Below the pieces are notes generated by a model. The model was not told the origin of the DNA, did not search any database, and worked only from the letters and a program-made list of their open reading frames with translations. From assembly GCF_046105845.1 (NCBI RefSeq), contig NZ_CP151004.1: a stretch of DNA of 64,000 bases; one strand, 5' to 3'. How positions within the stretch are numbered: position 1 is the first letter of the stretch; every line of letters begins with the position of its first letter. This DNA is from Escherichia coli. Its GTDB lineage: Bacteria > Pseudomonadota > Gammaproteobacteria > Enterobacterales > Enterobacteriaceae. The position numbers and the translations under genes were made by a program. Positions 39,182 to 49,137 of this stretch are shown here, in pieces.

Positions 39182-40891
39182 TTATTTCACGTCCTGACAG
39201 GCGTCAGAACGCGGAACAAGACTGATTTCGACGCGCCGGTTGACTGCCCGGCCCTGTGGCGTATCGTTGGTCGCCGCAGGCTGGCTCTCACCCAGTCCCT
39301 GTACGGCAAAACAGGTGGCCGGGATGTCGCTGGTCTGCAGCATCCAGTTACGCACCGCTTCGGCACGTCGCAGCGATAACTGCTGATTGCTTTTTTCGTC
39401 GCCGGTGGCGTCGGTATATCCGGCCACGAGGATAAGCCAGCCCGGTTTTGCCCGGATGTTCACCAGTGCGTCCACCAGCACTTTTGTCGAGCCGTCTTTC
39501 AGGCGGGCCTGTCCGACGTCAAACAGCGACATACTGTCAAGACGCACGGTCTGTGCCTGAAGCGAGGCTGTCACTTCCATTTTTTGCTCAGGCGGACGCC
39601 AGTCACGAATGGCGCGTAATACCGGCTGGCGGATTTGTTCACCGGGGTATAACCCCAGACCGAGACGCAGTGGCTCTCCTTCCCGGTAATACCCATCGAG
39701 CATGACCGCATCGTCTTTCAGCACCGACAGACGACGGGCTTTGGTGATAAATTCCTCCGCCGGAACGGCATAAAACTGGTGCAGATCATCACCGATATGC
39801 CGTAATAACTGGCGATTCGCCGTGGCTGACAGACACAGCGCGGCGATACCCGCCGCGGTGGTGATGCCCAGCATGGTCACGCAGGCCCGCCGCAGCGGGG
39901 TAAAGCCCGACTGACGCGGCAACCGCCGTAACAGGGCATCCGGAAACGGTAGCGTGGCGTCTGTGCCGGTGTCCGCGATATCCGTCGTCAGGCCGGTTCT
40001 GGCGGTGATCCACACTTGCCACAGGTTGTTATCCACTGCAGGCAACGAGGGGACCAGCCCCACGGCCATCGCCAGTGGCGGACATTTCGTTTCCGGGCCG
40101 TTCAGTGCCGCCAGCACATTAAGATTCAGCCACTGCATCAGGCTTTCGGCTTTCAGCAGGTAACAGAGTGGCTGGCTGCGCTCCTGTGTGCTGGTCTGCG
40201 TGAGCCACTGCGCAGGGGAGGTAGTCTCAGCAGACGTCGCTACCTGAATTTCGCCGCCGGTACAGATAAGCCACGGCGAATGCGCCTTCTCCGGCAAGGG
40301 CGAGCCAGACAGCCCGCTCCAGAGAAGCCACGGCGAATGCGCCTTCTCCGGCAAGGGCGAGCCAGACAGCCCGCTCCAGAGAAGCCAGGGGACGTTTACG
40401 CCCGCCCGGCGACGCACTGTCGCCATACTGTGGGCGAACCGTCGCAGTTGCCCGGCCAGAACCGCCACATCCCGGTGTATGCCGGGCATGACGGTATACG
40501 CCACGGCAAGCTGCGATGCCCACGCCGGGCGAAGGGTCAGTAATCGCTCCGCCTGCGCCACAAGCTGTTCTTCATCAGAAACATGCAGATACAGCCCTTC
40601 TGAAACCTGCCGGACCGGGCTGTCAGTGAACAGGCGCGCCGACATATCGCCACAGACCAGCACTACCGGTTGTCGGTACGTTTCCGGCGGCAGCGATGAC
40701 AACCCGGCATCGCCGGTCATCTCCGTCCACGCCTGCCTGCGCCGGTAAATCAGCAACGCGGCAACCGCCAGAACGATAGCCGCCGCCCCGGCCCATCTCA
40801 GTACGCCAGACGGACTGATAAACACCGACCACAGCACCAGCAGTAACACCATTCCCCACAGCACGATGGCCTGTTTCAGCGTGTTCCTCAC
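39182..40891 (-). CDS. tagL: T6SS accessory membrane protein with C-terminal OmpA-like peptidoglycan-binding domain (TagL-like)
   Basis: 569 aa; N-terminal transmembrane segments; C-terminal OmpA motif (LVAGYTDATGDEKSNQQLSLRRAEAV...NRRVEI); between tssL and hcp. Confidence 0.8.
   Translation of the reverse strand: MRNTLKQAIVLWGMVLLLVLWSVFISPSGVLRWAGAAAIVLAVAALLIYRRRQAWTEMTGDAGLSSLPPETYRQPVVLVCGDMSARLFTDSPVRQVSEGLYLHVSDEEQLVAQAERLLTLRPAWASQLAVAYTVMPGIHRDVAVLAGQLRRFAHSMATVRRRAGVNVPWLLWSGLSGSPLPEKAHSPWLLWSGLSGSPLPEKAHSPWLICTGGEIQVATSAETTSPAQWLTQTSTQERSQPLCYLLKAESLMQWLNLNVLAALNGPETKCPPLAMAVGLVPSLPAVDNNLWQVWITARTGLTTDIADTGTDATLPFPDALLRRLPRQSGFTPLRRACVTMLGITTAAGIAALCLSATANRQLLRHIGDDLHQFYAVPAEEFITKARRLSVLKDDAVMLDGYYREGEPLRLGLGLYPGEQIRQPVLRAIRDWRPPEQKMEVTASLQAQTVRLDSMSLFDVGQARLKDGSTKVLVDALVNIRAKPGWLILVAGYTDATGDEKSNQQLSLRRAEAVRNWMLQTSDIPATCFAVQGLGESQPAATNDTPQGRAVNRRVEISLVPRSDACQDVK
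40270..40383. repeat. Perfect in-frame 57-bp tandem duplication (2 copies) inside tagL
   Basis: gccacggcgaatgcgccttctccggcaagggcgagccagacagcccgctccagagaa occurs twice back-to-back, encoding SPWLLWSGLSGSPLPEKAH twice. Confidence 0.9.
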
Positions 40892-40903
40892 TCACGACTC
40901 CCT

Positions 40904-41569
40904 TTAACGCAGGCTTTGCGGCAGCAGTTCATCTACCAGTACATTCAGCCAGTGGTGTAGCCCCCACCAGACGCCCGCCAGTAGCAGCGCCAGTGTTACC
41001 AGCCAGAAAAACGGCGAATGCAGCAAAGGGTGCTGACGGGTGGATAACGGCACGTTCAGTACCGCCGTTTCCGGCAGCACGCCAAATGGCGCGACCTGCC
41101 CGTTGAGCGTCGAAATAAGCTGGTCGCGCTCCGGGGCCACCGGATCCTGATAACGCCCGCGAAATCCCAGCAGCAGGACACGGTGAAAGCAGGTCAGCAC
41201 AGCCTGTGCAGGTGCGGGCTCCTGCAACACCTGCTTCATCCGTTCGTACAGCAGCTCGCCTGCCTGCAGGGTGTTGAAGAAATGCGACTGGAGTGGATCC
41301 TTCATCCAGATGGCCTGACCGTCGTCCATGCCGCCACGGCTCAGGACCGTTTCGTCCAGCAGGGCGCACTGTGCGTAAGTTATGTGCTCCACGCTCTCCC
41401 GGCTGAACCCGGCATCTTTCAGGCGTTCGCGGACCCCTTCCACCTGCCGCTGGCAGTGGCGATACAGCTCCATACCGTGACGCACGGTGGTTCCCTGACG
41501 CAGTTCCACCACCGTCAGAAACGTGTCGCGCAGCAGCGCGTCGATATTGATATCCGTCTCTTTTTTCAT
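40904..41569 (-). CDS. tssL: T6SS membrane-complex protein TssL (DotU-like)
   Basis: 221 aa; cytoplasmic DotU-like domain with C-terminal transmembrane helix (FFWLVTLALLLAGVWWGL). Confidence 0.85.
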   Translation of the reverse strand: MKKETDINIDALLRDTFLTVVELRQGTTVRHGMELYRHCQRQVEGVRERLKDAGFSRESVEHITYAQCALLDETVLSRGGMDDGQAIWMKDPLQSHFFNTLQAGELLYERMKQVLQEPAPAQAVLTCFHRVLLLGFRGRYQDPVAPERDQLISTLNGQVAPFGVLPETAVLNVPLSTRQHPLLHSPFFWLVTLALLLAGVWWGLHHWLNVLVDELLPQSLR

Positions 41570-42903
41570 GTGCGCAGCACCGCAAACAGTTCAGGTTTCA
41601 GGTCGCCCATGGTTCCCGGCGCATAAATCATGCAGCACCCGGACTCCAGCATCGATTTGGCCGCGTCACTGTGCATATCCAGCGCAAAATACTGGTTCTC
41701 CAGTCGCAGCGGCAGCGCCGCCGGAACTGAGGTCAGTGGCACCAGTGAAACACCGTTCAGCGCCACATTGATAAGCAGCGTGACGTCATCAGGCGCACCG
41801 ATTTTGCAGACCAGCGGTAGCTGGTGCAGTACCTGATGTGCCGGCAGAGAGGAACGAACGGACAGGTAAAAATCGGCCTCTTCCCGCAGGCGCGGATCGT
41901 GCAGGTCTGCTTTCCAGCGGTTGCCCGGCAGGGACGCCAGCTCCAGTGCGATCACCCGTGACGGCAGGCTGGCTTCCAGCAGTTCGCTGAGCAGGGAGAA
42001 CAGTGGCGGAAAGACGGTGGACGGCGATTCGTGGACATAGGGCGGAACGGCGCTGACGTTATGTTCAAGGGAAAACGTCAGCAGCGCTCCGGCAAGCCTC
42101 GCCAGCTCCCGCCAGACCAGTTCGGGATGAACTGCCGGGTAGCGCAGGAAATCTCTCAGTACCGGCTCAGCAGAATTCAGCGCGTTAAGCAGCCAGAACA
42201 GGGAGACATCGGCGATGGCGAAGTCCGCCATACGCTGGTTGCTTTCCCGGCGCATCGCCATCAGACGCTGACATTTGGCCCGTAGCTGCAACAGCAGCGT
42301 GTCCAGACGCTGTACCAGTCCGTCATGGGCGTTAAACGCCAGTAACGGTGGAATGTAATCGCCGTCCTGCGTCCAGTTGCCCTGAACATCCCGCACCAGA
42401 CGCGCCAGTGGGCAGGTGATGTAATCCTGATTGTTATCATGGACAAAGCGCAGGGACAGCGCATGACGCTCAACGGCCATATCTTCACTGTCACTGCCGT
42501 AGATATCCTGCACCTTTTGCCATTCCTGACGATAGCGTAGCGGTCTTTCAGTCTGCTCACCCTGACCGAGATTACCGCCGTTACCATGGGCAAGCGGCAG
42601 CGCCAGCAGAACAACCGCGCTGTCGTTCGTCAGCGCGTGCAGATCGCAGGCGAGAGGCAGAACATCGCTCACATCTGAATCGATCAGCGTGCCATCAGCA
42701 AAACGCAGGCGTACTGCCTGCGTTTTCAGCTTTCCGGACGTCAGGGCATCGCGGTCAAAGAGCACATTCGCGATCCCCCACGGATGACGAATACAAAGTT
42801 GCGCAATGCTGTCATTGCTGAACGCTTCCCAGCGGGCCTGCTGCTGAAACTGCTGAGAGGACAGGAATGTCCCCTCAGCCCACAGTGGTCGATGAATTTT
42901 CAT
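41566..42903 (-). CDS. tssK: T6SS baseplate protein TssK
   Basis: 445 aa starting MKIHRPLWAEGTFLSSQQFQQQ; TssK-like; 4-bp overlap with tssL. Confidence 0.85.
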   Translation of the reverse strand: MKIHRPLWAEGTFLSSQQFQQQARWEAFSNDSIAQLCIRHPWGIANVLFDRDALTSGKLKTQAVRLRFADGTLIDSDVSDVLPLACDLHALTNDSAVVLLALPLAHGNGGNLGQGEQTERPLRYRQEWQKVQDIYGSDSEDMAVERHALSLRFVHDNNQDYITCPLARLVRDVQGNWTQDGDYIPPLLAFNAHDGLVQRLDTLLLQLRAKCQRLMAMRRESNQRMADFAIADVSLFWLLNALNSAEPVLRDFLRYPAVHPELVWRELARLAGALLTFSLEHNVSAVPPYVHESPSTVFPPLFSLLSELLEASLPSRVIALELASLPGNRWKADLHDPRLREEADFYLSVRSSLPAHQVLHQLPLVCKIGAPDDVTLLINVALNGVSLVPLTSVPAALPLRLENQYFALDMHSDAAKSMLESGCCMIYAPGTMGDLKPELFAVLRT

Positions 42904-42920
42904 ATCACACCACTTCCCGG

Positions 42921-44465
42921 TCAGGCTTTCGCTTTCGGCATCTGGGAAACCAGTGACAGGTTGATATCCATCCCTTCAATCTGGAAATGCGGCACGGCAA
43001 AGAGTCTGACGCGGAAGAAGCCCGGATTGTCCTCAATATCTTCCACGATAACCTTGCCGTCGCGCAGCGGGTGAGACGCCTGCAGTTCATCACCCGGATC
43101 GGTCATCTCCGTCACCAGTGTGCGGATCCAGGTGTTCAGTTCCAGTTCCAGTACGCGGCGGTCTTTGGTGGTACCGATATTCTCGCGCTGGATGATTTTC
43201 AGGTAATGCGCAATGCGGGACAGCAGGAAGATATAGGGTAAACGGGCGTTAATACGGCTGTTGGCAGTGGCATCAGCGGTATCATACAACGCCGGTTTCT
43301 GGGCAGAGTTTGCCGAGAAGAAGCAGGCGTAATCGCGATTCTTATAATAAGAGAGCGGAATAAAGCCAAGGTTGGCAAATTCAAATTCGCGGGTTTCCGG
43401 GATCATCACTTCGGACGGAATTTTGACCTGATTGCCGGTGCCGAGATCGTAAAGATGGATGGGCAGATCGGTCACTGCGCCACCTGCCTGTGGACCACGG
43501 ATCTGCACACACCAGCCATTATTCACAAAGCTCTTCACCATATTGGCGGCAAAAGCGAACGAGGCGTTTGTCCACAGGTACTTTTCGTGATCCGGACCTT
43601 TGACTTCTTCCACATAGTTAAAGCTGCGTACCGGCACCGTGTCCGGCCCGTACGGCAGACGCCCCAGTACGCGCGGCATCACTAATCCCACATAGCGACT
43701 GTCATCCGTATCGCGGAACGATTTCCATTTAATATATTCTGCGCGGTCAAAGTAGTTGCCGATATCTTTAATCGCGGCGACTTCTTCCATCGAATTTTTA
43801 AGGAAGAATTTCGGCCCGACAGAACCTATAAATGGCATATGGGAAGCGGCAGACACTCTGGAAATATTGCGCAGCAGGGCAATATCCTGCGGGCTGTTAT
43901 CAAATTCATAGCTGGAAATTAATGAGGCAACAGGTTCGCCACCCGGCGTATCGTACTCCTGAATGTATGTATGACGATATAAACCGCTCTGAATGATTTC
44001 CGGGGAGTCGTCGAAATCCTGACGCAGATGCTCTTTGCTGATATCCAGCAATTCAATTCTGACATTTTTGCGAAAATCAGTGCGCTGTACGACGAACCAT
44101 GTGCCGCGCCACAGCGACTCGACTTTCTGGAATTCAGGATGGTGCATTACCGCATCAAGCTGCTTACTGATTTTCTGATCCAAATCGTCGATATGAAAAT
44201 CCAGCAGGCTCTTGTCGAGCTTGACCACGTTCTCGCCTGATTTCGCCAGACAGGAAAGCAGAACGTGAATCGCCGCTGTCACGCGCTCATCGGGTGAGGC
44301 ATCCGCCAGTGTTTCGCTGTTTTGCCATAAATCTATTTCCTGAATGGAAGACACCGGGGTTAAATTAATTTTATCAAACAGGGACTGATAAACGCCGCCG
44401 GACTCAGTGGTGGTCAGTGTTGCAGTTTCAGAGGTGGCATGTTCTTGTTGTACAGACATCAGCAT
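42921..44465 (-). CDS. tssC: T6SS contractile sheath large subunit TssC (VipB)
   Basis: About 512 aa; TssC-like; downstream of tssB. Confidence 0.9.
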   Translation of the reverse strand: MLMSVQQEHATSETATLTTTESGGVYQSLFDKINLTPVSSIQEIDLWQNSETLADASPDERVTAAIHVLLSCLAKSGENVVKLDKSLLDFHIDDLDQKISKQLDAVMHHPEFQKVESLWRGTWFVVQRTDFRKNVRIELLDISKEHLRQDFDDSPEIIQSGLYRHTYIQEYDTPGGEPVASLISSYEFDNSPQDIALLRNISRVSAASHMPFIGSVGPKFFLKNSMEEVAAIKDIGNYFDRAEYIKWKSFRDTDDSRYVGLVMPRVLGRLPYGPDTVPVRSFNYVEEVKGPDHEKYLWTNASFAFAANMVKSFVNNGWCVQIRGPQAGGAVTDLPIHLYDLGTGNQVKIPSEVMIPETREFEFANLGFIPLSYYKNRDYACFFSANSAQKPALYDTADATANSRINARLPYIFLLSRIAHYLKIIQRENIGTTKDRRVLELELNTWIRTLVTEMTDPGDELQASHPLRDGKVIVEDIEDNPGFFRVRLFAVPHFQIEGMDINLSLVSQMPKAKA

Positions 44466-44517
44466 TTCCTTTTCAGTGATCCTTTCTTCTCCGGTTTAAC
44501 CTGAATATCACTTCGGG

Positions 44518-45018
44518 TTAAACGTTCTCCTGCGGCGCAATTTTCGCCAGTTCATCACGCAGTTCTGAACTGAGCGTTGGGTCTTTCAGGATATTTTCCA
44601 GTTCACGGCGAAACGTTGCGTTATCCAGCAGATTGGATTTGAGGTCACGTAATAAATTGCGCATAGCGAGTAATACACGAAGCTGTGGGATATTTTTTGC
44701 TACCTGTTCGGGTTCAAAATCTTTCAGGCTTTTAAATTCAAGCGCGATATTTTGTTCATTACCGCTTCCGCTTAGTGTGTCTTCTACTGTTAAATTAACC
44801 GCAGGCGAAAACTCAGCCATGACACTGTTGAAGTTGTTTTTATTGATATCAATCTTGTCCCGTTCGGACAGCGGACGTTGCTCTTTTCCGTTACTGTAAT
44901 CGCCAACAGCAAGAAGCTTGAGGGGGAGTTCAACTTTCTTTTTAGCATTGCCTGTATGCAGGTCAAGCTTGATATTTACACGAGCGGCGGGAACTTCATT
45001 CTGGAAACTGTCGGCCAT
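44518..45018 (-). CDS. tssB: T6SS contractile sheath small subunit TssB (VipA)
   Basis: About 166 aa from MADSFQNEVPAARVNIKLDL; first gene of the T6SS operon. Confidence 0.9.
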   Translation of the reverse strand: MADSFQNEVPAARVNIKLDLHTGNAKKKVELPLKLLAVGDYSNGKEQRPLSERDKIDINKNNFNSVMAEFSPAVNLTVEDTLSGSGNEQNIALEFKSLKDFEPEQVAKNIPQLRVLLAMRNLLRDLKSNLLDNATFRRELENILKDPTLSSELRDELAKIAPQENV

Positions 45019-45045
45019 ATCCTTTTCCTCATCATCCACTTTCAT

Positions 45046-45657
45046 CAGGAGTGCGAGATAATCACGCGTGTGACTATCCCATAAGGATTATGACTATATA
45101 AAGATAAAAAACAAGAACAAATATAGAGACAGAAATATCATTTATAATTGCTGTGAATAATTATACGTCTATCTCGAAATTATATTATTTGAGAACATCA
45201 TCCCATTTTTAGGCGTTTTAGCTGTTAAGCAGACGGTTAAACCTATACATGTGTATACATGCATGAAAATACTGAAAAACAACAAGATCCACATCACAAA
45301 AATTTATTTTTCAGAATGACGGAATTCATGTTTTTTTCGCAAATTATTCACCATGCAAATATTTAATTTTTTTCATGCTTAATAAAATATGATGTTTACT
45401 CATATGCCAACTATGCTACCTGTTGACGCCACACACCAATACACAAAACAAATGCAACAATCACAAACCATAAAAATAAAATATGATTTAGCTATAGTTA
45501 TCAACAAAATAACATCACCACCATTTATAATTTTACTATTGATAAAAAATAGAAACTACGATAAATAATAAAGCATTACTTACCAATCATTCTTTTAAAT
45601 GATTCTGGAATGCAGTCTCCACTGCATAATTGGGCTGTGTTTTTTAAGGAGCAAGTA
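45046..45657. promoter_or_regulatory. About 600 bp AT-rich divergent intergenic region: T6SS (tssB) promoter region and promoter of the 313-aa gene
   Basis: Strongly AT-rich; contains a GATC site (around 45287-45290) and AT-rich Fur-box-like stretches; in the EAEC sci-1 cluster Fur/Dam control is established. Confidence 0.4.
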
Positions 45658-46599
45658 ATGCATACCATTCCTTATTATAGCAATAACACCTCTATGCCTG
45701 TCTGGGTTACTGTTAGCGAAGCAACTGATATTATCAATAAGTATACTAACAGCCATATTAAAGATTGTGACTTATGGCGTTATGCACTTTATGGTCACTT
45801 ACCTCTTTCAATTTATTTCCAGTCACAAATAAAGCTTAGAAAAATTTGCCTGAGCGGCGATGAAATCATGCTGGATAACATCGAAGAAAGCATTATTGAG
45901 AAGATAGCTCAGTTAAGTGATACGTGCATATACAATGGGAAAAATAAAATAATAAAGACAGAAGGTGACTATATTTCCCCAGAGCATCATATTATTGATA
46001 CACCATTAATTGGTCATGAATATATTGTATTACAAAGATTACTTGCTCACTCATTAAAAATACCAAAACCTATTACAGGACAGTATAATTCTCATTATGG
46101 TGTTGTCGTCCGTGAAAATGGAATAATTTATCAGGTCTTCGAATCAACTACACTGGAAAACAGAATAACCCAGCGCCTTCGCCATCTTTCAATCCCCGTT
46201 GCAACATACTTTTACGAATCAACAAAATCCCAGGATCTCAAACAGGCAGGAACCCGGTATTTCCCGGTTTATCATTTTCCTGACGATGCCTGGTTCGTTA
46301 TCAAACGCACTGCTCTTGAGCAATTCATAAATACTTTTCTCCCTCCCACTCATAAAAATACCCCTAAAAATGGAACCCGCATTTCTACACCGCTATCACG
46401 ATTTCTCTGGCTAGCGTGTAAGCACAATCATGATATTAGCGCACTGATGGGGCACCCCTACAAACTCCTCTCCGTGTTCGAAGAATGGGCCCGCTCCGAC
46501 GGTATCACTGAACGACTAAATGGAGATACGCTGAAAACCGCACTGGAACGCGGTTCTCCGGTTTTAGCCTACCGTAACTCCGAATTAATGAAATCCTAA
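45658..46599 (+). CDS. Hypothetical protein (island cargo, no family recognised)
   Basis: Likely start MHTIPYYSNN (ggagcaagta Shine-Dalgarno-like sequence upstream); about 313 aa; AT-rich 5' two-thirds. Confidence 0.5.
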   Translation: MHTIPYYSNNTSMPVWVTVSEATDIINKYTNSHIKDCDLWRYALYGHLPLSIYFQSQIKLRKICLSGDEIMLDNIEESIIEKIAQLSDTCIYNGKNKIIKTEGDYISPEHHIIDTPLIGHEYIVLQRLLAHSLKIPKPITGQYNSHYGVVVRENGIIYQVFESTTLENRITQRLRHLSIPVATYFYESTKSQDLKQAGTRYFPVYHFPDDAWFVIKRTALEQFINTFLPPTHKNTPKNGTRISTPLSRFLWLACKHNHDISALMGHPYKLLSVFEEWARSDGITERLNGDTLKTALERGSPVLAYRNSELMKS

Positions 46600-46699
46600 C
46601 TTAGAGTCCAGAAATCCTTACTTAGAGGTCTGCTGCTTTCCTTCGGTAGGTCTGATGATGTTGAATTGACTAGCACATCATCAACTACCGGAGGATAAA

Positions 46700-46885
46700 A
46701 TGACGTCACAACGATTTCTGCGGCTGGCACAGGTTATGGATAAAACCGGACTGAAACGCTCACAGGTCTATGCTTATATGAAAACAGGGGATTTCCCAAA
46801 ATCCGTCAAAATTGGCCCGTCCAGCGTAGCATGGCTGGAATCGGAAATTGACGAATGGATCAATACAAAAATAAATAACCGCTAA
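46700..46885 (+). CDS. alpA: AlpA-family phage/island transcriptional regulator (excisionase-like)
   Basis: 61 aa MTSQRFLRLAQVMDKTGLKRSQVYAYMKTGDFPKSVKIGPSSVAWLESEIDEWI, AlpA-like helix-turn-helix. Confidence 0.8.
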   Translation: MTSQRFLRLAQVMDKTGLKRSQVYAYMKTGDFPKSVKIGPSSVAWLESEIDEWINTKINNR

Positions 46886-46924
46886 TGTAGTATTCTCATT
46901 ATTAGTTTGTTTGAGGTCATTAAT

Positions 46925-47719
46925 ATGAACGATGATCACGGTATTCTTATGCCTGTCGCACTAAATCAGCTACGGGCATTTGATTTAAATCCACGCCTTA
47001 CCAAAAATCCAGAATATGATGAAATTAAAGAATCGATTCGCAACCGCGGGCTGGATTATCCGCCACAAATAACACAACGTCCGGGAGAATCTTTTTATAT
47101 TATTGCCAATGGAGGTAATACCCGGCTGGCAATACTCAACGAGTTATGGCTGGAAACTCACGATAAAAAATACTGGAATATTGTCTGTCATTTCTGGAAG
47201 TGGCATACAGACTGGAGCATTGAAGAAGGTAATTTACACTGCCTGCTTGGTCATCTCGTAGAAAATGATAAACGCGGTTCACTGACATTTATTGAACGGG
47301 CATTAGGGGTTCAAAGTGCAATAAACCTGTATCAAAGTATCCGGGGAAGCTCACAAAGAGATCTGGTACAAATGCTCTGTCAGGCGGGATATCCAGTATC
47401 CACCACGAAACTAAGTATTATGTCCGCGACTATCACATTTCTTTTACCCTATATTCCGGAAGCACTTTACGGTGGTCTGTCGAGACGTATTATCGATAAA
47501 TTGCTGGCACTTCGTTCCAATACGCTAAAATTCTGGGACAACTTCTGCCAGACGTTGCCTCCCGAAAAGGAACAGCAACTCCCTCTATTTGACGATATTT
47601 TTGCTATGGCCCTGACTCCCTTTAATGAACCGATGACAGGTTTTTCACTGGAGCATATTCAGGATGAGCTGACAGGGATTATCAGCAAGACACTTAATGT
47701 GGACTCTGCCCAGCGATAA
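46925..47719 (+). CDS. ParB/Srx-like N-terminal-domain protein (island-associated)
   Basis: Start MNDDHGIL after a gaggt Shine-Dalgarno; the motif YIIANGGNTRLAIL resembles the ParB N-terminal box; assignment tentative. Confidence 0.45.
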   Translation: MNDDHGILMPVALNQLRAFDLNPRLTKNPEYDEIKESIRNRGLDYPPQITQRPGESFYIIANGGNTRLAILNELWLETHDKKYWNIVCHFWKWHTDWSIEEGNLHCLLGHLVENDKRGSLTFIERALGVQSAINLYQSIRGSSQRDLVQMLCQAGYPVSTTKLSIMSATITFLLPYIPEALYGGLSRRIIDKLLALRSNTLKFWDNFCQTLPPEKEQQLPLFDDIFAMALTPFNEPMTGFSLEHIQDELTGIISKTLNVDSAQR

Positions 47720-47916
47720 CGGGATGGCCAGATTTGCGCCGGTGATATATTCAATGCCTCCGCAATCAACCGCTCACCTTTCGGCCAGTGGCTCCTGAGT
47801 GCATTTGCCAGCGTACCGGAGGCCAGCCCGGCTTTGCGGGAAACCGCTGCCAGCGACGTTCCCTGTTTTTTCAGTGCCGCGATAATATCTGCGGGGTGCC
47901 AGTCCTGCTGCATCAT
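47659..47916 (-). CDS. Ner/Nlp-family small DNA-binding protein
   Basis: From MMQQDWHPADIIAALKKQGTSLAAVSRKAGLASGTLANAL...; Ner-like helix-turn-helix; start overlaps the integrase stop. Confidence 0.55.
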   Translation of the reverse strand: MMQQDWHPADIIAALKKQGTSLAAVSRKAGLASGTLANALRSHWPKGERLIAEALNISPAQIWPSRYRWAESTLSVLLIIPVSSS

Positions 47917-49137
47917 ACTGCCCTCCCACAAACCAGCCGTTCGGACGGGATACCACATACACGCTGGCTCCACCACGCCATCACGTCGGTTCTCTGCTCA
48001 AGATAGGTCGAGCGGTTATAAGCGGCGCGCGTCTGATTAGTATCCGCATGAGCCAGTACAGCTTCTATCACATCAGGGGAAAATCCGGCCTCATTCAGCG
48101 TGGTGCTACCCAGCGCCCGGAAACCATGTGACACCAGCTCCCCGCAATACCCCATACGCCGTAGTGCCTTATTGACCGTTTCGCTATTCATTGGTTGCGA
48201 GGGCTTAACCCGACCCGGAAACAGGAACGGCGAGTGTCCACTTATCGGTTTAAGTTGCTCCAGTATCCACAGCATTTCATCAGTCAGGGGCACCAGATGC
48301 TCACGGCGTTTTTTCATACGCTCAGCCGGAATAGTCCATAGCTTTTTCTCCGTATCAATCTCACGCCACATGGTGCCTGACGCTTCTCCGGGGCGCACCA
48401 GCGTCAGCAACTGCCACTTAATCAGATAACGAGTCATCAGCGATAGATTGGTGGTTTCAATCCGCTGTACCAGCTCCGGCAGGCGTTCCGGGCGGATAGA
48501 CGCCATATGCTGTTTTTTCGGCTTCTCAAAGACCTTACCGATGGTCGAGGCTGGATTCGCATCAAGCAGGCCGGAATTGACAGCAAATACCATCACTTCG
48601 TTGATACGCTGGGTTAGACGACGCAGGGTTTCCAGCGCACCTCGTGCCCGGACCGGCTCAAGGGCGGCAATCAGAGTATGTGCTTTCAATTCAGCTACCG
48701 GCATCTGTCCGATTGACGGAAGAACATCCCGTTCCATCGAACGCCAGATATCATCTGCATGCACTTCTGAAATGCCACTGGTCTTTTTAATAGCAAACCA
48801 TCTTGTCGCCACATTGATAAACAGGCTGTCGATTGCTTTCTTTTCCTGTTCTGCGGCTTCCTGCTCCAGCTTTTTCGGATCTACACCCTGAGCCAGCAGA
48901 CCAAGATATTCATCATGTACTGCGGGCAGCAGCAAGAGTTACAGCAGGATAATAACCCAGCGTGATATTGGTACGGGCAGTGGAGTTTGGACGCTGGTAA
49001 CGAAAACGCCAGATTTTCTTCCCGGAAGTACGAACAGAAAGCGTCAGACCATGCCCGTCAGGCAGGTCGTAATCTTTATCGGCGGGTTTTGCTTTTTGTA
49101 CTGCGGCAGCAGTCAGCAGGCGGCGGGTAATGGTCAT
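47913..49137 (-). pseudogene. int: P4-type tyrosine integrase, interrupted by a frameshift
   Basis: N-terminal 74-aa ORF (48913..49137, arm-binding-like domain) and C-terminal 340-aa ORF (47913..48935, catalytic domain) lie in different frames with a junction near 48915-48935. Confidence 0.8.

Noticed and set aside
40270-40383. Possible CRISPR array suggested by the exact 57-bp tandem repeat
   Set aside because: Only two directly abutting copies with no spacers, in-frame inside tagL, and no cas genes nearby; it is a coding tandem duplication.
45046-45657. Small protein-coding genes or an sRNA within the AT-rich region upstream of tssB
   Set aside because: No ORF of 60 aa or more and no obvious promoter-plus-terminator pair defining an sRNA; treated as regulatory DNA only.
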